Shown: positions 59,301 through 64,000 of the stretch, in pieces | Layout: the number at the start of each line of letters is the position of its first letter | How positions within the stretch are numbered: position 1 is the first letter of the stretch | Program-made: the position numbers and the translations under genes | The notes under the pieces: generated by a model | Told to the model about the DNA's origin: nothing | What the model saw: only the letters and a program-made list of their open reading frames with translations | Database searches by the model: none | NCBI GenBank assembly: GCA_001643675.2 | Contig: LSRY02000011.1 | Coordinates: 372,001 to 436,000 of the forward strand | Reading direction: 5' to 3' | Origin: Monocercomonoides exilis PA203 | Taxonomy: Eukaryota > Protista > Preaxostyla | Length of the DNA: 64,000 nt

Positions 59301-61120
59301 CATGCAACAACAACAACAGACAGGTTCATTTGTGCCTTCTCAACAACAACAACAAAATCAACAGATTCAACAGCCTCTGCAGATGAATGCACTTTCTTCT
59401 TCTTCTTCTACTACTACTACTGCTTCTTCGCAGGCGAAACAGTCAGAGACAACGCAAGAAAGTGCACAGAAACAAACGGAAACAAACACTTTGGCAGAAG
59501 AACAAGTGAAAAACAAAGCAGATGATGACAAAGCAGAAGGAAAAAATGAAGCAACTTCTGATTCATCAGAAAAATCTTCTCCTTCTTCTTCTTCGAAAAA
59601 GGAGAATGAAGAATCCACTGCCTCAACAAATAAAGCTGATTCTCCCTCAACTGAAAATAATTCATCATCCTCTTCCTCTTCCTCTTCCTCATCATCATCT
59701 CCTTCTTCGCGCACAGCTGAATCTGGTGTGATCACACCATCACCTCTGGAAAATTCATCTGAAGATGCATCATCATCATCATCATCACAACAGCAGCAGC
59801 AACAATCAAAAGATCAACAAAAGGAGCAACAGAAAGAGCAACAAAAAGATCAATCAAAAGATCAACAGAAAGAAACTCACAAGTCATCTTCCAATCGACA
59901 CGGAACAGCACCGCCGATGATGCTTACATTGGACATCAGCACACAGAATGGGAAGATTCTGCCGATGGAAGTGCAGATTGAGGCAAAGACAGAGAGAGAA
60001 CAACATAACAGCAAAGCTTCCTCTCATAAACACACACACCAGACTAATTCTTCTTCTTCTTCTTCTTCGAATGTTAATACTTCGAATTCTTCCTCTCCTT
60101 CCTCCTCCCCCAAATCGTCTTCTGCCCCTCCTCAACAATCAGATGATGCACATAACAAATCTCGCAGGAACAGCAGCAGCAGAGCTTCAGTTTCTCCTTC
60201 TTCTACTCCTTCCTCTCACAAGTCATCACCTTCATCATCATCATCATCTTCTTCTTCTTCTTCTTCTCAATCATCCAAACACAACAAGAAACGTTCAAAT
60301 GATACTGCAAACGATGCAAAGGGGGCCGAAACATCTTCTTCTTCTTCAGATTCAACAGCCAGCCCTAATTCCAATTCTTCCTCTTCTCCTTCATCTTCTC
60401 CTTCCTCCAAATCAAAATCTTCTAAGTCAAACAAAGAACGCAGATCAGCTCCTGATCTCAACACCACTTTAGCTGGCTCTGTTTCTCCCTCTCCCTCTCC
60501 TTCTTCTCCTTCATCTTCTCCTTCTTTCTCCCCCTCTTCTTCTTCTTCTTCTTCTTCTTCTTCAGTCATACCTGACTCTTCAATTGATTCTAATTCTTAT
60601 TCTTCTTCCTCTCAACAAAAAGCGAATATTTCAGCAGATTTCTCTCATTCTTCGCCTTTGCACGCCACAAAAAGCCCTTCTCTATCTCCTTCATCAAAAC
60701 AGAAGAATTCAATTGCCAATGCAACTGATGGGTCATCCAAAGGGAATGGAGGAAAAGAGAAAGAGAAAGAAGAAGAGAAAAAATCAAATAAACATAGAAA
60801 TTCCAATGAAAACAAAGAGACTCCACATTCAGCTGAAAGTGGAACAGAATCTTCAATTCAATTCGCTTCTGCTCAAACATCTTCTTTAGCCAGCACTCCT
60901 GTTCTGTCATCTGCTGTGCCTTCAAGTACTCCTGCATTGTTTGTTGCTAATTCTTCTTCTTCTCCTTCTTCTTCATCTTCCTCTTCAGATGAACCTCCTG
61001 GGCTTTCAAACAAGTCATCGTCATCATCTCAGTCCAAATCATCTCAGTCTTCCTCTTCTCAATCCTCTTCAAATCAAAGTGGAAGCTCCCGATCTTCTGC
61101 TGCATCCAGACGATATGTGC

Positions 61121-61154
<34 letters not shown>

Positions 61155-64000
61155 CTCTTCCTCCTCTTCCTCTTCTTCCTCTCCAGAACACACAGAGAAT
61201 CAGTCTTTTTTCGTGGGTGAGGGAGCATCGCTGAATCACAGCCAGAGTGATGCTCCCACAAGTGCATTCAGCGATGCCCATGGCAAAAGAAATGAACAAT
61301 TGAACAGCAAAGAATCTGATGAAAAGGGAATTAATAGTTCACAAAATGTTGCTGTTTCTATGGAATCTTCTTCTTCTTCTTCGGTTTCTTCGGTTTCTTC
61401 AGTTTCTTCCTCTTCTCCTTCCTCTTCAATTGAATCAAGCTCTTCTCATAAATCATCTTCTTCTCCTTCGTCATCTTCGTCATCTTCGTCATCTTCATCT
61501 TCTTCATCTCCTTCGTCTTCTTCATCTTCTTTGTCTTCTTCATCTTCTTCACCAACTCCACTTTCATCAGCTGCATCGACCCAACAGCTTCAATCAGACA
61601 AGCATGACAATAACAATACTTCTGAAGAGCTGCTAACTTCTAATTCAACCCAGGCATCTTCAAGCAATGCACCAGATGAAGAAGTTGAAGGTGGAAAAGA
61701 AAAAGAAGAAGGGAAAGTTGAAGAAAAAGAAAAAGAAAAAGAGGAAAAAGAAAAAGAAGATGATGATAAACAACCAGCAAAAGAAAGCAACCATAACAGT
61801 AATCAAACAAAAACTCCTGCTTCTTCCAAAGTAAAAGCAAAAGCAAAAGGAAAGTCAAAAGCCGAGAAAGAGAAAGAGAAAGAGAATTTCACAGAATCTG
61901 AGTCAAACACCGATCGTTCTGTCTCTCCTGCTCCACCTGGTCTGACACACACAGAAGATGACTCTGAGTCTGAATCGAATTCTGAGTCTGCTTCTGCTTC
62001 TGCTTCAATACATGATTCTGAGTCATCTCTTCATGACTCAACTTCCTCTGCTTCTTCTTCACATTCTTCTTCTTCTCCTTCTTCTCCTTCTTCTTCTTCT
62101 TCTGATGGCGATGATGTTGTTGATGAAGATAGGCTTTCGCCTCATCTTGGTGAAATGAAACATACATCATCATCATCATCTGGTTCTTCTGCTTCTTCTG
62201 CTTCTGCTTCTCACACGGTTGCTATATCATCGTCATCAATATCCTCTTCTTCTTCTTCTTCTTCTTCTCCTTCTCTTTCTCTTTCTTCTTCCTCTCCTTC
62301 TTCCTCTCCTTCTCTTTCTTCTTCTTCTCGTCTTTCTCTCTCAAAGCCTCTTTCCCTCTCAACAAAAGCTCCTCCATTTGTTCACAGCAACAGCACCAGC
62401 CCTTCACTAGGCACTCCTTCTGCTTCAATTCTATCTCCTTCGCTGTCTTCTTCTGCTTCTTCTCCTTCCATTCCAATGCAGATGAATCCTCCCTCATCTT
62501 CATCATCGTCGTCTTCTTCTTCTTCTTCTTCTTCCCCTTCTCTTTCTCTTTCTTCTTCCTCTACTGCTACTTCTTCCTCTTCCTCCTCCTCCTCCTCTTA
62601 TGCTGTTCCTTTCCGCACATTCGCCTCAAATGACAACACTTCCTATCCTCAGCCTCATCCAAAGACAGGCATTTATCCTCCTCTCATCCCTCAATCAAAT
62701 GCACATATTCAACCTCAGATTCAACATCAGATTCAACCACATTCACAATTACATCCATTGTTGCCACCTGGGCAGCAACCTCAGCCTCAGCTTCATCCTC
62801 CTTCTTCATCTTCCTCTTCCTCTTCCTCTTCTTCTCCTTCTCCTTCTCCTTCTCTTTATCCTCACCCTCATCCACAGCCACAGCCACAGCTCATTCCCTT
62901 GTCTGCCCATCCTCCTTATCCATACACCAGCCCTTCTCAAACATCTCTAACATCTCAGACGTCTCCTTCTTTCTCTCTGCCTCCTTCCTCTTCCCGCAGC
63001 GTCCCTGTCATCTTGTCACCCAGAGTTCCCAAGACTGGTTTTCCGAACAATCTCTCTCAAAACAACTTGAATAATCTGAACAATCTGAACAATCTGAATA
63101 ATCCTAATCAGCAGCTTCAGCCGCCTCAGCAGCCCCAGCCGTATTCTCCTTCCTCTTTCTCTCCCTCTCTGTCTCTTCAGCCACACGGCATCTCCCTCAG
63201 TGGCAACCCTTCCCCTAAACTTGGCACTCCCACTCTTTCTCCTTCTCTCCTTCTCCGCAACAACAGCAACAGCAGCCTTCATTCCCGTCATCTGCCTTCT
63301 CGTGTCTCTTCTTCCTCTTCCTCCTCCTCCTCCTCTTCTTCTTCTTCTTCTTCCTCTGATTCTCCTTCCTCTTTCTCCCACACACGCACAGGTGCTGCAT
63401 ATGATGAGACCACTCCGTATACTGTCTCCCCTTTCCCCCCTCAGCCTGCTCTGCTTCCTAATCCTCCTCAGCGCTCTACCCCTCTCATCACAAAGGCAAT
63501 CATCGGGGGAACTGTTTCGCCTTTGCCTTCGTCTCCGTCTTATGGATTGTCTTCTGCTGCTTCTTCTGTTTCTTCCTCTTCCTCTTCTGCAACTTCATCT
63601 TCTACTACTTCTACTTCTAATTCATCATCATCATCTTCTTCTTCTTCTTCTTTGAAGCTGCCTTTGCAATCGAATGCTTCGAATTCTCCCTCACTCAATC
63701 CACCCATTCTCTCTGCTTCTTCTCCATTGGCAACTGTTCACAGCACGCCTGGCAGCAGATATCCTATGTTCTCTCCATATCATTCGTCATCTTCATCATC
63801 ATCATCATCTTCTTCTTCTTCTTCTTCTTCTTCTTTATCTCCTTCTTCTCTTTCTACTTTCTCCTCTTCCTCTTCTTCTTCGATGTGGCGAACGGGAGGT
63901 GATCCAAAACGTGCGGTTGCTTCTCTTCATTCAACTATTCCGATTTCATTCAATGCAAACACCAGTTCTTTTTCATCATCCTTTGCTTCTTCTGCCTCCT
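51251..64000 (+). CDS. TRF4: Non-canonical poly(A) polymerase of the Trf4/Trf5-PAPD5/7 (TENT4) family, over 4100 aa. Exons ~51251-57959 and 58160->64000 (3' partial)
   Basis: LTQEILNFHTYMS...YGSFSSYLSLPTSDIDLVI (to ~55070); FIASARIPIIKV...SDIGY (third Asp ~56792); LNEPYTGGISGY; LGRLLITFYQLY; YAISVRGDGEY; VVEDPLDQSNNTARSAY. Asn at the position where Cid1-type TUTases have His favours ATP. A phase-1 intron at 57960-58159 (GTATTA...ACACAG) joins a frame with no stop reported before the window end. The start is uncertain: first ATG 51251, or an upstream exon via the AG at 51208. Confidence 0.88.
58276..58476 (+). repeat. Coding 9-bp tandem repeat encoding (G-M-N/S)n in the Trf4-like tail
   Basis: About 20 imperfect GGRATGAAY/GGGATGAGT units giving GMNGMNTMNTMGTMNGMSGMNGMNGMGAMNGMNG... 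Confidence 0.85.

Overview
Eukaryotic, AT-rich protist DNA with short GT-AG introns and the standard genetic code. The gene families and Ser/Gln/Glu low-complexity inflation suggest an oxymonad such as Monocercomonoides; this is inference from recalled family resemblance, not a database search. Four conserved genes could be rebuilt by hand: ECM29 (3 exons, ~3950 aa), MAD2 (7 exons, 204 aa, absent from the ORF track), eIF4G (4 exons, ~3880 aa) and a Trf4/PAPD5-type non-canonical poly(A) polymerase (>4100 aa, runs off the window). The window also holds a 2615-aa beta-helix receptor with a degenerate kinase-like tail, two decayed relatives of it, a coiled-coil gene broken by one stop and two or three frameshifts, and a pseudogene carrying a 429-bp TA-flanked Tc1/mariner-pogo-type MITE. 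Best leads: a probable non-canonical GA-AG intron in MAD2; PAM2-like motifs in eIF4G, one on its own 45-nt exon; a ~530-aa insertion with a Cys cluster inside the Trf4 catalytic domain; and beta-helix surface proteins with and without a pseudokinase tail. I found no RNA genes, no CRISPR array and no convincing multi-gene novel system.
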